NCBI GenBank assembly: GCA_047150005.1
Contig: AP038806.1
Location: 1,760,001-1,824,000 of the forward strand
Source of the DNA: Nitrospira sp.
GTDB lineage: Bacteria > Nitrospirota > Nitrospiria > Nitrospirales > Nitrospiraceae
Direction of reading: 5' to 3'
Length of the DNA: 64,000 nucleotides
The notes under the pieces were generated by a model. It was not told the DNA's origin and searched no databases. It saw only the letters and a program-made list of their open reading frames with translations. Position 1 is the stretch's first letter. The number at the start of each line of letters is the position of its first letter. This document shows, in pieces, positions 8,038 to 18,682 of this stretch. The position numbers and the translations under genes are program-made.

Positions 8038-11000
8038 TCAACGGGCGATGCCCGCTTCTTTTCCTGCGGGGGCGGAGAGAGTAGTCGCGGGAGGCATGCA
8101 AGAACTGAGGGGGAAACAGGGAGCGACTTCTCGTCTTACGCTTTTCTCAGTGCCTTGCACGTCCGCCCGTTCCTCGGCCAGAACGGATTGAGGAACATAG
8201 GTCGAGAATACGCTGATCATGGGAGGATCGGAAGGCTGCTGCAAATACCAGGGCACAACCGAGTCAACATTGAACGAAGGAATAATTCCACTAAATGGTC
8301 CGAGAGGATTGTTGTTCGGGGGAGGAGGACAGGCGTTGAAGCAGACCAGTCCCGGTGGGACGTTTAAGAGGATGAGAGAATTGCTCGGGAGAACCGCGCC
8401 GTTCAAGAAAGCCGATATGCCGCTGACCGCGTCTGTTGCACGTATGCTCAGCGTTCCGGGATTGACAGTGACCGTAATGGGCGCGGCTTGTGTCCCGACC
8501 ACTCCATTGAAGGCCTGAAGGGTCGAGTTGGCTCCGGCCGTGACATTGGTGCCTGCCCCTGCCGCACTGAGCACCGATCCTCCGTTTGCGATGACGTCCA
8601 CCGCCCCACCTGTACTGACCGATCCTAAGGTTACGTCCGTTCCCGCCGTATAGTTGAGATTCCCTGTGCCGCTGGTTGTCGTTGCTGCTGCCGCCATCGT
8701 GATCGGGCCTCCCGCCGTCACCGTGATGCTGTTGGCTCCCGTCGTGCTCAGGCCGGCAAGTTGCGTCACCGAGTTCACCGCAGCCAGGTTGAGGATGCTG
8801 CCGGTCGATGCCACTGCTCCACCGATGGTTAGGTCGGCGGCGTTGGCGGAAAGACTCCCAGACACCGTGGAGGCGGCGAGATCCAGTGCATTAGCATCGG
8901 TGAGCGCCACGTTATTGCCGCTGGTGATGCCCACCGTGCTGAAGTTGTTCCCGGCATTGGTCAGGGTGATGTTGTTGGCGGCGCCGGCCGCGAGCGTGGT
9001 GGTGCCGGCGACGGTCACGGCGCCCGACTGGGTGAGGGCCCCGTTGGTCGTGACGTTCAAGGTGCCGTTCACGGTGGAGGCGCCGAGATCGAGGGCGTTG
9101 CTATCGGTGAGGGCCACGTTGTTGCCGCTGGTGATGCCGACGGTGCTGAAGTTGTTGCCGGCATTGGTCAGGGTGATGGTGTTGGCGGCCCCAGCGGCGA
9201 GCGTGGTCGTGCCGGCCGCGGTGATGGCGCCGGTTTGGGTGAGCGGGCCGGTGGCGGTGATGGCGAGCGTGCCGGTGGAGGTAGCGCCGGCATTGGCGCT
9301 CACACTGCCGATGGTGACCGGGCCGGTCTCGGCCCAGGCGATGTTGCCACCGGTGAAGGTGACGGTCTCAAAACTATTGCCGGCATTCGTCAAGGTGATG
9401 TTGCCGCGGGTGCCGGCGGTGCCGCCGAGATCGGTAACGGTCAGGCTCTGGCCGACATTCAACGTGACCGGCGCACTCTGCGTCAGGTTATGGGTGGCCG
9501 TGGTGGTGCCGGTGAAGGCCGGGGCGGCGGTAGTGACCGAGACCGGGCCGCCGAACTGATTCCCGGCGTTGTTAAGCGTAATAGCCGACGGCAGCAGCGG
9601 CGGCCCCGCAAAGGTGGCGGTGGTGCCGGTGGTATTGACGGTGATGTTGCCGGTGCCGGGCAACGGCAGCGCATTGAGATTCGTATCCGCGCCTAACACA
9701 AAAGTGGACCCGCTGCCGCCGACGGAGGCCTGTGTGCCTCCGATGCGTGTCGTGCCCAGGAGGTTCACATTGCCGGCCGGCGTCAGGGTGGCATCGCCGA
9801 CGACCGTGAGGGTTTGGCCGGCTGGCAGCGTGAGATCGCCGGCGGTGGTGGCGGCGGTCAGATTGCCGCCCACCGTCGAGGTGTTGAGCGTGAGGGCCGT
9901 GCTATTCGTCAGGCTCACGGACCCTAAGGTGGCCGCCGCGGTGGTGTCGAAGTTCGCCGTGCCGGCGACGTTGAGCGCGCCGGTTTGACTGATCGCGCCG
10001 CCCGCGGTGGCCGTCAGATTGCCACTGGCCGTCAGCGCCAGCAGCGTGATCGAGGCATTATCAAACGTCAGGGTCAGGTTGCGCAGGTTAGTGAGGCCGG
10101 CCAGCGCCGGCACCGTGGCACCGGCATTCACATTGCGCAGGCCCAGATCCCGGATGTTGCTCTGGGTGCCGCCGAAGGAGACGGCACCGGTGAAATTATT
10201 CGCCTGCGTATTGAGCAGGATGTCGGCGCCGGCGACCGTCGTGGCTAAGGTGGTCGTTCCAGGGATCGTGAGGGCGCCGGTTTCGGTGATGGCGCCACCC
10301 GCGGTCACATTCAAGTTCCCGCCCGCCGTCAGCGTCAGGGCCGGGAGGGCGATCGGGGCCGTATCAAAGGTCAGGGTCAGATTGCGCAGGTTGGTGAGGC
10401 CGGCCAGCGCCGGTACGGTGGCACCGGCATTCACATTGCGCAATTGCACATCGCGGAAGTTGGCTTGGGTGCCGCCGAAGGAGACGCCGCCGGTGAAGTT
10501 ATTGGCCTGGGTGCCGAGCAGCACATCCGTATTGACCGCGATCGCGGTCGCCGTGGTGGCGCCGGTCACGGCCAGCACGCCGGACTGACTCAGGGTGCCG
10601 CCGGTGGTCACACCGAGCGTCCCGGATATCGTGGAGGCGCCGAGATCGAGGGCGTTGCTATCGGTGAGGGCCACGTTGTTGCCGCTGGTGATGCCGACGG
10701 TGCTGAAGTTGTTGCCGGCATTGGTCAGGGTGATGGTGTTGGCGGCCCCAGCGGCGAGCGTGGTCGTGCCGGCCGCGGTGATGGCGCCGGTTTGGGTGAG
10801 CGGGCCGGTGGCGGTGATGGCGAGCGTGCCGGTGGAGGTAGCGCCGGCATTGGCGCTCACACTGCCGATGGTGACCGGGCCGGTCTCGGCCCAGGCGATG
10901 TTGCCACCGGTGAAGGTGACGGTCTCAAAACTATTGCCGGCATTCGTCAAGGTGATGTTGCCGCGGGTGCCGGCGGTGCCGCCGAGATCGGTAACGGTCA

Positions 11001-14000
11001 GGCTCTGGCCGACATTCAACGTGACCGGCGCACTCTGCGTCAGGTTATGGGTGGCCGTGGTGGTGCCGGTGAAGGCCGGGGCGGCGGTAGTGACCGAGAC
11101 CGGGCCGCCGAACTGATTCCCGGCGTTGTTAAGCGTAATAGCCGACGGCAGCAGCGGCGGCCCCGCAAAGGTGGCGGTGGTGCCGGTGGTATTGACGGTG
11201 ATGTTGCCGGTGCCGGGCAACGGCAGCGCATTGAGATTCGTATCCGCGCCTAACACAAAAGTGGACCCGCTGCCGCCGACGGAGGCCTGTGTGCCTCCGA
11301 TGCGTGTCGTGCCCAGGAGGTTCACATTGCCGGCCGGCGTCAGGGTGGCATCGCCGACGACCGTGAGGGTTTGGCCGGCTGGCAGCGTGAGATCGCCGGC
11401 GGTGGTGGCGGCGGTCAGATTGCCGCCCACCGTCGAGGTGTTGAGCGTGAGGGCCGTGCTATTCGTCAGGCTCACGGACCCTAAGGTGGCCGCCGCGGTG
11501 GTGTCGAAGTTCGCCGTGCCGGCGACGTTGAGCGCGCCGGTTTGACTGATCGCGCCGCCCGCGGTCACGGTCAGCGCGCCGGACACGGTCGAGGCAGCCA
11601 GGTTCAGCGCGTTGCTATCGGTGAGGGCCACGTTATTGCCGCTGGTGATGCCGACGGTGCTGAAGTTGTTGCCGGCATTATTCAAGGTGATGTTGTTGGC
11701 GGCCCCGGCCGCCAGGGTGGTGATGCCGGCGACGGTCACGGCGCCCGACTGGGTGAGGGCCCCATTGGTCGTGACGCTCAAGGTGCCGCTGATCGTCGAG
11801 GCCCCGAGATCGAGGGCGTTGCTATCGGTGAGGGCCACGTTATTGCCGCTGGTGATGCCGACGGTGCTGAAGTTGTTGCCGGCATTATTCAGGGTGATGT
11901 TGTTGGCGGTCCCGGCGGCGAGCGTGGTCGTGCCGGCGACGGTCACGGCGCCCGACTGGGTGAGGGCCCCATTGGTCGTGACGTTCAAGGTGCCGCTGAT
12001 GGTGGAGGCGCCGAGATCCAAGGCGTTAATGTCGTTGAGCGTGACGTTGTTGCCGCTCACGACGGAGACGGTGGCGAAGTTGTTCGCATTATCGAGCGTG
12101 ATGTTGTTCGCGCCGGCCGTCAGGGTGGTGGTGCCGGGGACAACGAGATTGCCGGTTTCGGTGATGGCGCCACCCGCGGTCACATTCAAGTTCCCGCCCG
12201 CCGTCAGCGTCAGGGCCGGGAGGGCGATCGGGGCCGTATCAAAGGTCAGGGTCAGATTGCGCAGGTTGGTGAGGCCGGCCAGCGCCGGTACGGTGGCACC
12301 GGCATTCACATTGCGCAATTGCACATCGCGGAAGTTGGCTTGGGTGCCGCCGAAGGAGACGCCGCCGGTGAAGTTATTGGCCTGGGTGCCGAGCAGCACA
12401 TCCGTATTGACCGCGGTCGCGGTCGCCGTGGTGGCGCCGGTCACGGCCAGCACGCCGGACTGACTCAGGGTGCCGCCGGTGGTCACACCGAACGTCCCGG
12501 ATATCGTGGAGGCGCCGAGATCGAGGGCGTTGCTATCGGTGAGCGCCACGTTATTGCCGCTGATGATGCCGACGGTGGAGAAGTTGTTGGCCGCATTGGT
12601 CAGGGTGATGGTGTTGGCGGCGCCGGCCGCGAGCGTGGTGGTGCCGGCGACGGTCACGGCCCCGCTCTGGGTGAGCGCGCCGTTGGTAGTCACGTTCAAA
12701 GTGCCACTGACGGTGGAGGCGCCGAGATCGAGGGCGTTGCTATCGGTGAGGGCGACGTTGTTGCCGCTGGTGATTCCGACGGTGCTGAAGGTGTTGCCGG
12801 CGTTATTCAGGGTGATGTTGTTGGCGGCGCCGGCCGCGAGGGTCGTGGTCCCCGTGACGTTCAATGCCCCAGATTGCGTGATCGCACCCCCACTCGTAAC
12901 ACCCAAGGTGCCGCTGATGGTGGAGGCGCCGAGATCGAGGGCGTTGCTATCGGTGAGCGTGACGTTGTTGCCGCTCACGACGGAGACGGTGGCGAAGTTG
13001 TTCGCATTATCGAGCGTGATGTTGTTCGCGCCGGCCGTCAGGGTGGTGGTGCCGGGGACAACGAGATTGCCGGTGTCGGTGATCGCACCGCCCGCCGTCA
13101 CGGTCAAGTTGCCACCGGCGGTCAAAGTTGTGGCAGGTAGGGTGATCGCCGCATTATCGAACTGCAAGGTGAGATTGCGCAAATTCGTGAGGCCGGCGAG
13201 GACCGGCACCGTCGCGCCCGCGTTCACATTCCGGAGCGAGACGTCGCGGAAGTTGGCTTGCGTCCCGCCGAACGCGAGCGCCCCGCCGAAGTTATTCGCC
13301 TGCGTGCCGAGCAGCACATCCGTGTTCGCTGCCGTTGCGGAAAATTGTGTCGTCCCGGTGACGGCAAGTGCGCCACTTTGTGTTAGAGCCCCGCCGATCG
13401 TGAGGACAAGGTTGCCACTCACTGTGGAGGCGGCGAGATCCAGGGCAGTCGCATCGGTGAGCGCCACGTTACTGCCGCTGATGATGCCGACGGTGGAGAA
13501 GTTGTTCCCGGCATTGGTCAGGGTGATGGTGTTGGCGGCGCCGGCCGCGAGCGTGGTCGTGCCCGAGACGTTCAGGGCCCCTGTTTGCGTGACCCCTCCG
13601 ACCGCAGTGACGTTGAGCGAGCCCGAGACGGTCGAAGGGCCGAGCACCACAGCATTGACATCGTTGAGGGTGACGTTGTTGCCGCTGACGACGGAGACGG
13701 CGCCGGTGAAGTTGTTCGCATTGTCGAGCGTGACGTTGTTCGCCCCGGCCGTGAGTGTCGTCGTCCCCGGGATGATGATGTTCCCGCTGTCCGTGATGGG
13801 GCCACCGGCCGTGACGTTCAGACTACCCCCCGCCGCGAGCGTGAGGGCCGGCAGTGCAACGGCCGCGTTATCGAATTGAAGAGCGAGATTCCGCAAGGCA
13901 GTCAGACCTGCGAGAGCCGGAACGGTCGCCCCTGCGTTGACATTACGAATGGACAGGTCCCGGAAATTACCCAGCGTGCCGGCAAATGAAAGCGCTCCGC

Positions 14001-16869
14001 CGAAAGTGTTGGCCTGCGTTCCCAGAAGGATGTCCGTGTTCGCCGCCGTGGCGGTGAACGACGTCGTGCCGGTCACAGTGAGTGCCCCTGATTGCGTGAG
14101 AGCCCCACCGGTCGTGAACGCCAGATTGCCGCTCACCGTGGAAGCGCCCAGGATCAGCGTATTGGTGTCTCGGAGACTGACATTGTTGCCGCTCGTGACG
14201 CTGACCGTGCTGAAGTTATTGGCTGAAGTGGCCAAGTTGATGGTATTGGCGGCGCCGGCCGCGAGCGTGGTCGCTCCGGTCACGGCCAGCACACCGCTCT
14301 GGGTCAGTGCCCCGTTCGTTGTGACACCCAATGTGCCGGAGACAGTGGAAGCGGCCAGCGCCAAGGCGTTCGTGTCCGTGAGGACGACATTGTTGCCGTT
14401 CGTGATACCGACGGTGCTGAAGTTGTTCCCCGCGTTGTTCAAGGTGATGTTGTTGGCGGCGCCGGCGGCCAAGGTGGTTGCGCCGGTCACCGTCAACGCG
14501 CCGGTTTGAGTGAGCGCTCCGGCGGTCGTAACGCCCAATGTTCCTGAAATCGTCGAGGCGCCGAGCGTCAACGCGTTGGCATCACGAAGGGCGACGTTAA
14601 AGGCTCGGCTGACACCGACCGCGCCGGTGAAGTCGTTACCCGCGGTATTGAGGGTGATATTCGCGGCAGCGGCACCGGTAGCGAGCGCGACGGTTCCCGC
14701 CGCGCCGGTGTTCATGGTCAGGGCTGCACCCTGCGTGATCGCGCCGCCGGTCGTGTTTCCTCCGACTGCCGCCTGCCCGCGGGTGGAAACCGTCGCGGTC
14801 CCGCCGTTCCCAGTCGTAATCGAGCCGCGTAAAGCAGCCGACCCTGTGCCGCCTGTCGGACTGTTGACGATGATCTGAACCGCATTAGCTCCGGTGTTGG
14901 TGGTGGCGATGGAACTGCCGGCGTTCATGGTGAAGTTCTGACCGCCTGCTCCGTCGCTATTGGCGTTGATCGTGACGGTGCCCGAACCCGCGTTGACTGC
15001 GCCGGAGAGCGTCACATTGAGCGGCGAGCTCATCGCAATGTTCCCGGTGGTGGTCAGGTTCCGGACGGTGGTGATGCTGCCGGGATCATAGTTGCCCGCA
15101 GTCGCCGGATCGATCGTCAGGCTGATGTTCCCTGAGCCGGAACTCAGGTGTGCTCCGACTCCAAAAGTGATGTCACCAGGGGTACCGTTCACGCGGTTCG
15201 CCAGAATCGACGACGAATCGTTTGCGGTCATCGAGATATGTCCGTTGTTTGTACTGACGGAGGCATTGACGTTGATGTCCCTCCCCGCCTGCATGGTGAG
15301 TCCGACGCCATTGTTCGTCATCGCCACGGCATTCGTCACGGTGATGTCGTTGTTGGCTTGGAGCACGACATTGGCCGCTGCCGCGTTGATGCTGGCGGGA
15401 GTAATAGTCACGTCTGCAGCCGGAGTATTCGCGAACAGATTGTTGACGCCGGGATTGTATGCGGCGCCTCCCGCTGTCGCGATGGTAATATTGCGAGGAT
15501 CCAACAGCAGGGTTCCCGCTGATCCGAGCGGAGCTAACGCATTGACGCTCCCGAAAAAGCCCAGATTCTCATGGCCCGAGACCTCGATCTGACCGCCGTT
15601 GCCACCGAGTGCTCCTCCTTGCGCCAGAAGCGAGCCGCCGAACGACGTGTTCTTGTCTGACCAGACTACGATGTTGCCGGCGCTGGAGTTTCCGACTCCT
15701 GACGTATTGATGAGACTGTCACTCGTCCCCACTGTCTGATCGGTGGATGAAATCAGTACGCGCCCGCCCTGGGCGCCATCGGCGCCTTTGGCCAGGATCG
15801 ATCCGACAACTCCCACTTGTTGAGCGGTTATCGTTACCTGGCCTTGTGCCGCCCCCGGTTGCGCCGCCGAGACATCGATCGTTCCGGTGTTGATGACGGC
15901 ACCATCTGCGTTCTTGACTCGGCCTAGATTGGTTTGCCACCCCACGCTGCCGGTGTTCGCAACGGGGTCGGACCCTTCCAAGCGAACGACGCCGCCGTGG
16001 TTCACGAGACTCTTTGCCCGAATGACCCCGCTTTGGTTGACGACGGATGAGAAGATATCGCCGGAGGCTTTCGCCGACAGGATGACCCGCCCTCCGTCAG
16101 CCTGGATGGTTCCGGAGTTGCTGACGGCTGAGGTCAGCGGTTTGCCGTCCATGCCCGTCACATGGTCGAGGACTTTCCCGCTTATGGCGTAATTGATGAG
16201 TCCGTCCCCCATGAGGTCCAGGGTCAGCTGTTGTCCCGAGCCAAGCAGCACCTTGCCGAGGTTGGCAACGATCAGTCCGTCATTGGCCACGCCGGGCGCG
16301 ACAAGGAAAACGAATCCATGGTCTGAAACCTGAATGGTGCCGTGGTTGATGACGCTTCGCAGGCCTTTCAGGGGATCTTGTGCAAAGAGCAAGCGGCCGG
16401 CCATGAAATCACTGTCACGAATCTGCAGCGTGGTTGCCAGAAGCCCGCCCACATCGATCTGGGCTCCGGCACCGAAGAGGATCCCATTGGGATTCACCAG
16501 GAAAATCCGACCGTTCGCCTGCAATTGACCGAGAATGACCGAGGGATCGACGCCGATCACCCGATTCAAGGCGATGGAACTCACCGACGGCTGTACGAAA
16601 CGCACCGCTTCATGCGCCCCAATTGAAAAGCTCTGCCAATTCAGAATGGCCTTGTCGGTCGTCTGCTGAATATTCAGCGTGGCGGGATTCGTCTGTTGAA
16701 TGGTCGCAAGCCCGCCGACGACGTGTCCGTCGCTGGGAAGGGCGGCGGCAAGGCTCGGAAGCGAGAGCTGAAGTGATGCGAGCGCAACACAGAGAATTTG
16801 GCGGAGCCCTGGCCAACGGCGCCGGGGGCCGGAAATCGCAATTATTATGTGGGGAGGCCGTCGCCTCAT
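8038..16869 (-). CDS. TpsA filamentous-haemagglutinin-like exoprotein/adhesin (~2,943 aa)
   Basis: Signal peptide, TPS domain (ILNWQSFSIG, NRVIG, LVNPNGILFG), then T/G/A/N/L-rich beta-helix repeats. ATG 16869 with GGAG RBS preferred over 17070. Confidence 0.93.
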   Translation of the reverse strand: MRRRPPHIIIAISGPRRRWPGLRQILCVALASLQLSLPSLAAALPSDGHVVGGLATIQQTNPATLNIQQTTDKAILNWQSFSIGAHEAVRFVQPSVSSIALNRVIGVDPSVILGQLQANGRIFLVNPNGILFGAGAQIDVGGLLATTLQIRDSDFMAGRLLFAQDPLKGLRSVINHGTIQVSDHGFVFLVAPGVANDGLIVANLGKVLLGSGQQLTLDLMGDGLINYAISGKVLDHVTGMDGKPLTSAVSNSGTIQADGGRVILSAKASGDIFSSVVNQSGVIRAKSLVNHGGVVRLEGSDPVANTGSVGWQTNLGRVKNADGAVINTGTIDVSAAQPGAAQGQVTITAQQVGVVGSILAKGADGAQGGRVLISSTDQTVGTSDSLINTSGVGNSSAGNIVVWSDKNTSFGGSLLAQGGALGGNGGQIEVSGHENLGFFGSVNALAPLGSAGTLLLDPRNITIATAGGAAYNPGVNNLFANTPAADVTITPASINAAAANVVLQANNDITVTNAVAMTNNGVGLTMQAGRDINVNASVSTNNGHISMTANDSSSILANRVNGTPGDITFGVGAHLSSGSGNISLTIDPATAGNYDPGSITTVRNLTTTGNIAMSSPLNVTLSGAVNAGSGTVTINANSDGAGGQNFTMNAGSSIATTNTGANAVQIIVNSPTGGTGSAALRGSITTGNGGTATVSTRGQAAVGGNTTGGAITQGAALTMNTGAAGTVALATGAAAANITLNTAGNDFTGAVGVSRAFNVALRDANALTLGASTISGTLGVTTAGALTQTGALTVTGATTLAAGAANNITLNNAGNNFSTVGITNGNNVVLTDTNALALAASTVSGTLGVTTNGALTQSGVLAVTGATTLAAGAANTINLATSANNFSTVSVTSGNNVSLRDTNTLILGASTVSGNLAFTTGGALTQSGALTVTGTTSFTATAANTDILLGTQANTFGGALSFAGTLGNFRDLSIRNVNAGATVPALAGLTALRNLALQFDNAAVALPALTLAAGGSLNVTAGGPITDSGNIIIPGTTTLTAGANNVTLDNANNFTGAVSVVSGNNVTLNDVNAVVLGPSTVSGSLNVTAVGGVTQTGALNVSGTTTLAAGAANTITLTNAGNNFSTVGIISGSNVALTDATALDLAASTVSGNLVLTIGGALTQSGALAVTGTTQFSATAANTDVLLGTQANNFGGALAFGGTQANFRDVSLRNVNAGATVPVLAGLTNLRNLTLQFDNAAITLPATTLTAGGNLTVTAGGAITDTGNLVVPGTTTLTAGANNITLDNANNFATVSVVSGNNVTLTDSNALDLGASTISGTLGVTSGGAITQSGALNVTGTTTLAAGAANNITLNNAGNTFSTVGITSGNNVALTDSNALDLGASTVSGTLNVTTNGALTQSGAVTVAGTTTLAAGAANTITLTNAANNFSTVGIISGNNVALTDSNALDLGASTISGTFGVTTGGTLSQSGVLAVTGATTATATAVNTDVLLGTQANNFTGGVSFGGTQANFRDVQLRNVNAGATVPALAGLTNLRNLTLTFDTAPIALPALTLTAGGNLNVTAGGAITETGNLVVPGTTTLTAGANNITLDNANNFATVSVVSGNNVTLNDINALDLGASTISGTLNVTTNGALTQSGAVTVAGTTTLAAGTANNITLNNAGNNFSTVGITSGNNVALTDSNALDLGASTISGTLSVTTNGALTQSGAVTVAGITTLAAGAANNITLNNAGNNFSTVGITSGNNVALTDSNALNLAASTVSGALTVTAGGAISQTGALNVAGTANFDTTAAATLGSVSLTNSTALTLNTSTVGGNLTAATTAGDLTLPAGQTLTVVGDATLTPAGNVNLLGTTRIGGTQASVGGSGSTFVLGADTNLNALPLPGTGNITVNTTGTTATFAGPPLLPSAITLNNAGNQFGGPVSVTTAAPAFTGTTTATHNLTQSAPVTLNVGQSLTVTDLGGTAGTRGNITLTNAGNSFETVTFTGGNIAWAETGPVTIGSVSANAGATSTGTLAITATGPLTQTGAITAAGTTTLAAGAANTITLTNAGNNFSTVGITSGNNVALTDSNALDLGASTISGTLGVTTGGTLSQSGVLAVTGATTATAIAVNTDVLLGTQANNFTGGVSFGGTQANFRDVQLRNVNAGATVPALAGLTNLRNLTLTFDTAPIALPALTLTAGGNLNVTAGGAITETGALTIPGTTTLATTVAGADILLNTQANNFTGAVSFGGTQSNIRDLGLRNVNAGATVPALAGLTNLRNLTLTFDNASITLLALTASGNLTATAGGAISQTGALNVAGTANFDTTAAATLGSVSLTNSTALTLNTSTVGGNLTAATTAGDLTLPAGQTLTVVGDATLTPAGNVNLLGTTRIGGTQASVGGSGSTFVLGADTNLNALPLPGTGNITVNTTGTTATFAGPPLLPSAITLNNAGNQFGGPVSVTTAAPAFTGTTTATHNLTQSAPVTLNVGQSLTVTDLGGTAGTRGNITLTNAGNSFETVTFTGGNIAWAETGPVTIGSVSANAGATSTGTLAITATGPLTQTGAITAAGTTTLAAGAANTITLTNAGNNFSTVGITSGNNVALTDSNALDLGASTVNGTLNVTTNGALTQSGAVTVAGTTTLAAGAANNITLTNAGNNFSTVGITSGNNVALTDANALDLAASTVSGSLSANAADLTIGGAVASTGSILNLAAVNSVTQLAGLSTTGANSITVTAGGPITMAAAATTTSGTGNLNYTAGTDVTLGSVSTGGAVDVIANGGSVLSAAGAGTNVTAGANSTLQAFNGVVGTQAAPITVTVNPGTLSIRATDAVSGISAFLNGAVLPSNSLILLNVPPGLVCFNACPPPPNNNPLGPFSGIIPSFNVDSVVPWYLQQPSDPPMISVFSTYVPQSVLAEERADVQGTEKSVRREVAPCFPLSSCMPPATTLSAPAGKEAGIAR
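9074..11565. repeat. 935-bp direct repeat within tpsA (9074-10008 and 10631-11565, offset 1557)
   Basis: Identical by eye. Shadow ORFs at 9483/11040 and 9569/11126 translate identically. Confidence 0.9.
10276..12543. repeat. ~393-bp near-identical direct repeat within tpsA (10276-10668 and 12151-12543, offset 1875)
   Basis: Only a couple of mismatches seen (atcgcg/gtcgcg, agcgt/aacgt). Confidence 0.85.
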
Positions 16870-17056
16870 CGCTCCGAAAGACTCCTCTTGGTTAGAGTGT
16901 AGCCGAGGGACGGCGACTCGTCCTGAGGCGAAGAATGTGCCCCCGAGGGACGACAGCCGTATCGAGAGCGGGAAGGCCATCCTTTCCGTGGACGGCATGA
17001 TGTCCCACAAAGGCGTATTCGAAAAGTGTGGAGCAGGTGAAGGGCACTCATACTGC

Positions 17057-18682
17057 TTAGAATCTCGCAATGGCCTGTATATAGATGATTGGAGAGCGAT
17101 CCCCAGAAATCGTGCCTCCGCTTGGCTTGGGTCCCAAGGGAAACCCTACGTCAAACCGCAGCTTGGTCGAATAGTACGGTAGTTCGGTCTGGAGCCCGAA
17201 CCCCGTACCGGTCAGATTGGTTGACGCGACCTCGCCCGGTTGAGGATTCTTAAGCCGACCTGCGCCGTAATCGATGAAGACGTCACCCTGCAATTGCTTC
17301 AACGGGGCGGGCATCAGGGAGGGGAAAATCGGGATCCGTGTTTCGGCGGAGAGGGTATAGCCTTCGTCCACGAACCGTTCGCCGAGTTGATAGCCTCGCA
17401 CCGAATCAGGTCCCCCCAGGAGCATCTGCTCGATGACGACGAGAGGACGTGTCGTCAACTGGCCGCTTGCCCTCAGGAGCAGCAGCACATCATGACCCAG
17501 GCTCTGGATTCGCCCGGCCGTCAAGGTTCCTTTCGTGAATCGGTCGTCTGCGCCTGCTCTGGTCGATTGCGGGTCATTGTTCTGCATGCCTCCCAACGCT
17601 TCGCCGAGTCCCTGGAAACCGTAGAGCGAGAAGTACGTACGACCGGATAGGTCGAGACGATCGTAGTTGACTCCCAACTTCAACTCCCGAATTCGATCGT
17701 CGCCGGTCTGCTGACTGAGAGTGAAGAGCTGATTGTTCTTTCCCGCGAAACCGAAATCGGCGAGCAGGGACTGAAACCGCGTTTTGATGAAAGGGTGGTT
17801 CACCGAGACATCAAACGTCTGGATGCGGCCTTCGATGCCAAGGGCCGCCAGTTCCGCTCCCACGTTGAAGAGGCCTCCCGATCCGGACAGGACCAGCTTC
17901 GTTCCGTGCACGCCGAGAGGGACTGCATAGGCGCCGAAACCGAAGAGCAACTGATCGGGATGATTTCCGATGATGCCGTTCAGGTTAAGCGTGGCGCCGT
18001 CGAACAGGACGTTCCCGGCTTCGACTCCGGCGCCGACGCGGTAACGAGAAATCGTGTTGAAACCGTAGTTGTTGAAATCCACCGTGGCATGGAGCGGACG
18101 CTTGTCCTCGGCCTTGACCTGGATGTTGGTCGAACCGGTCGAGGCTCCCGGCTCCAAAACGGCCGATACCTTCAGGTCCGGATAATTGTTCAGCAACAGC
18201 AGAGCACGCTCCAACGCCACATTGCGGATGACGTTGTCTTCCATGGCTTGGGCGAAACTGCCGCGGATGAATTCCGTTGAATAGTGCCGATTACCCGTGA
18301 CGACGATGTCTCCGACCCGGCCCTCGAGTATGGCGATGTTCACCACGCCGAATCGGATGTCCTGTTGAGGAATATAAGCGGTGGCAAGCGTGTAGCCCTT
18401 ATTGTTGTAGAGGTCCTGGACGGTCCCGGCCACACGTTCAAGATCCGGTAATGCGAGCGACTGGCCGATATACGGCTGAGTAAGTCTCTCCAACTCCAGC
18501 TGTGAGACGACCGTGTTCCCCGTGAACGAAAACCCCTTTACCAGCAGATGGTCGCCATCGACCGATTCGCCGAAGCTCGGCGATGGGAGGGTTGAGGCGA
18601 CCGTGACGAAGAGGAGGACGGCCAACCCCCGAAACCCCTGCGCGTTGTGAATTGTCCCCTGGCCCATCTGTTGTCGCTTCAC
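17057..18682 (-). CDS. TpsB ShlB/FhaC/HecB-family outer-membrane transporter
   Basis: Signal peptide, POTRA domains (Y..KGY...AYIPQQDI..G...I.ILEG), GGPDSVRGY loop-6 motif, C-terminal Phe. Confidence 0.95.
   Translation of the reverse strand: MKRQQMGQGTIHNAQGFRGLAVLLFVTVASTLPSPSFGESVDGDHLLVKGFSFTGNTVVSQLELERLTQPYIGQSLALPDLERVAGTVQDLYNNKGYTLATAYIPQQDIRFGVVNIAILEGRVGDIVVTGNRHYSTEFIRGSFAQAMEDNVIRNVALERALLLLNNYPDLKVSAVLEPGASTGSTNIQVKAEDKRPLHATVDFNNYGFNTISRYRVGAGVEAGNVLFDGATLNLNGIIGNHPDQLLFGFGAYAVPLGVHGTKLVLSGSGGLFNVGAELAALGIEGRIQTFDVSVNHPFIKTRFQSLLADFGFAGKNNQLFTLSQQTGDDRIRELKLGVNYDRLDLSGRTYFSLYGFQGLGEALGGMQNNDPQSTRAGADDRFTKGTLTAGRIQSLGHDVLLLLRASGQLTTRPLVVIEQMLLGGPDSVRGYQLGERFVDEGYTLSAETRIPIFPSLMPAPLKQLQGDVFIDYGAGRLKNPQPGEVASTNLTGTGFGLQTELPYYSTKLRFDVGFPLGPKPSGGTISGDRSPIIYIQAIARF

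Noticed and set aside
8900..13100. Regular repeats as a possible CRISPR array or DGR template/variable repeat pair
   Set aside because: Repeats are in-frame coding units of 207 bp or more without unique spacers. No cas or reverse transcriptase gene, and no adenine-specific mismatch pattern.
8219..16626. Many long plus-strand ORFs opposite tpsA (e.g. 11542..13140, 12470..13879)
   Set aside because: Antisense shadows caused by GC-rich, repetitive codon usage. They mirror the tpsA repeats and have no independent motifs.
16870..17070. 67-aa N-terminal extension of TpsA overlapping tpsB
   Set aside because: TTG start inside tpsB. ATG 16869 has an RBS and gives a normal signal peptide.
8038..18682. 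CDI (CdiBAI) toxin system
   Set aside because: No VENN/pre-toxin or recognisable toxin domain, and no immunity gene immediately downstream.
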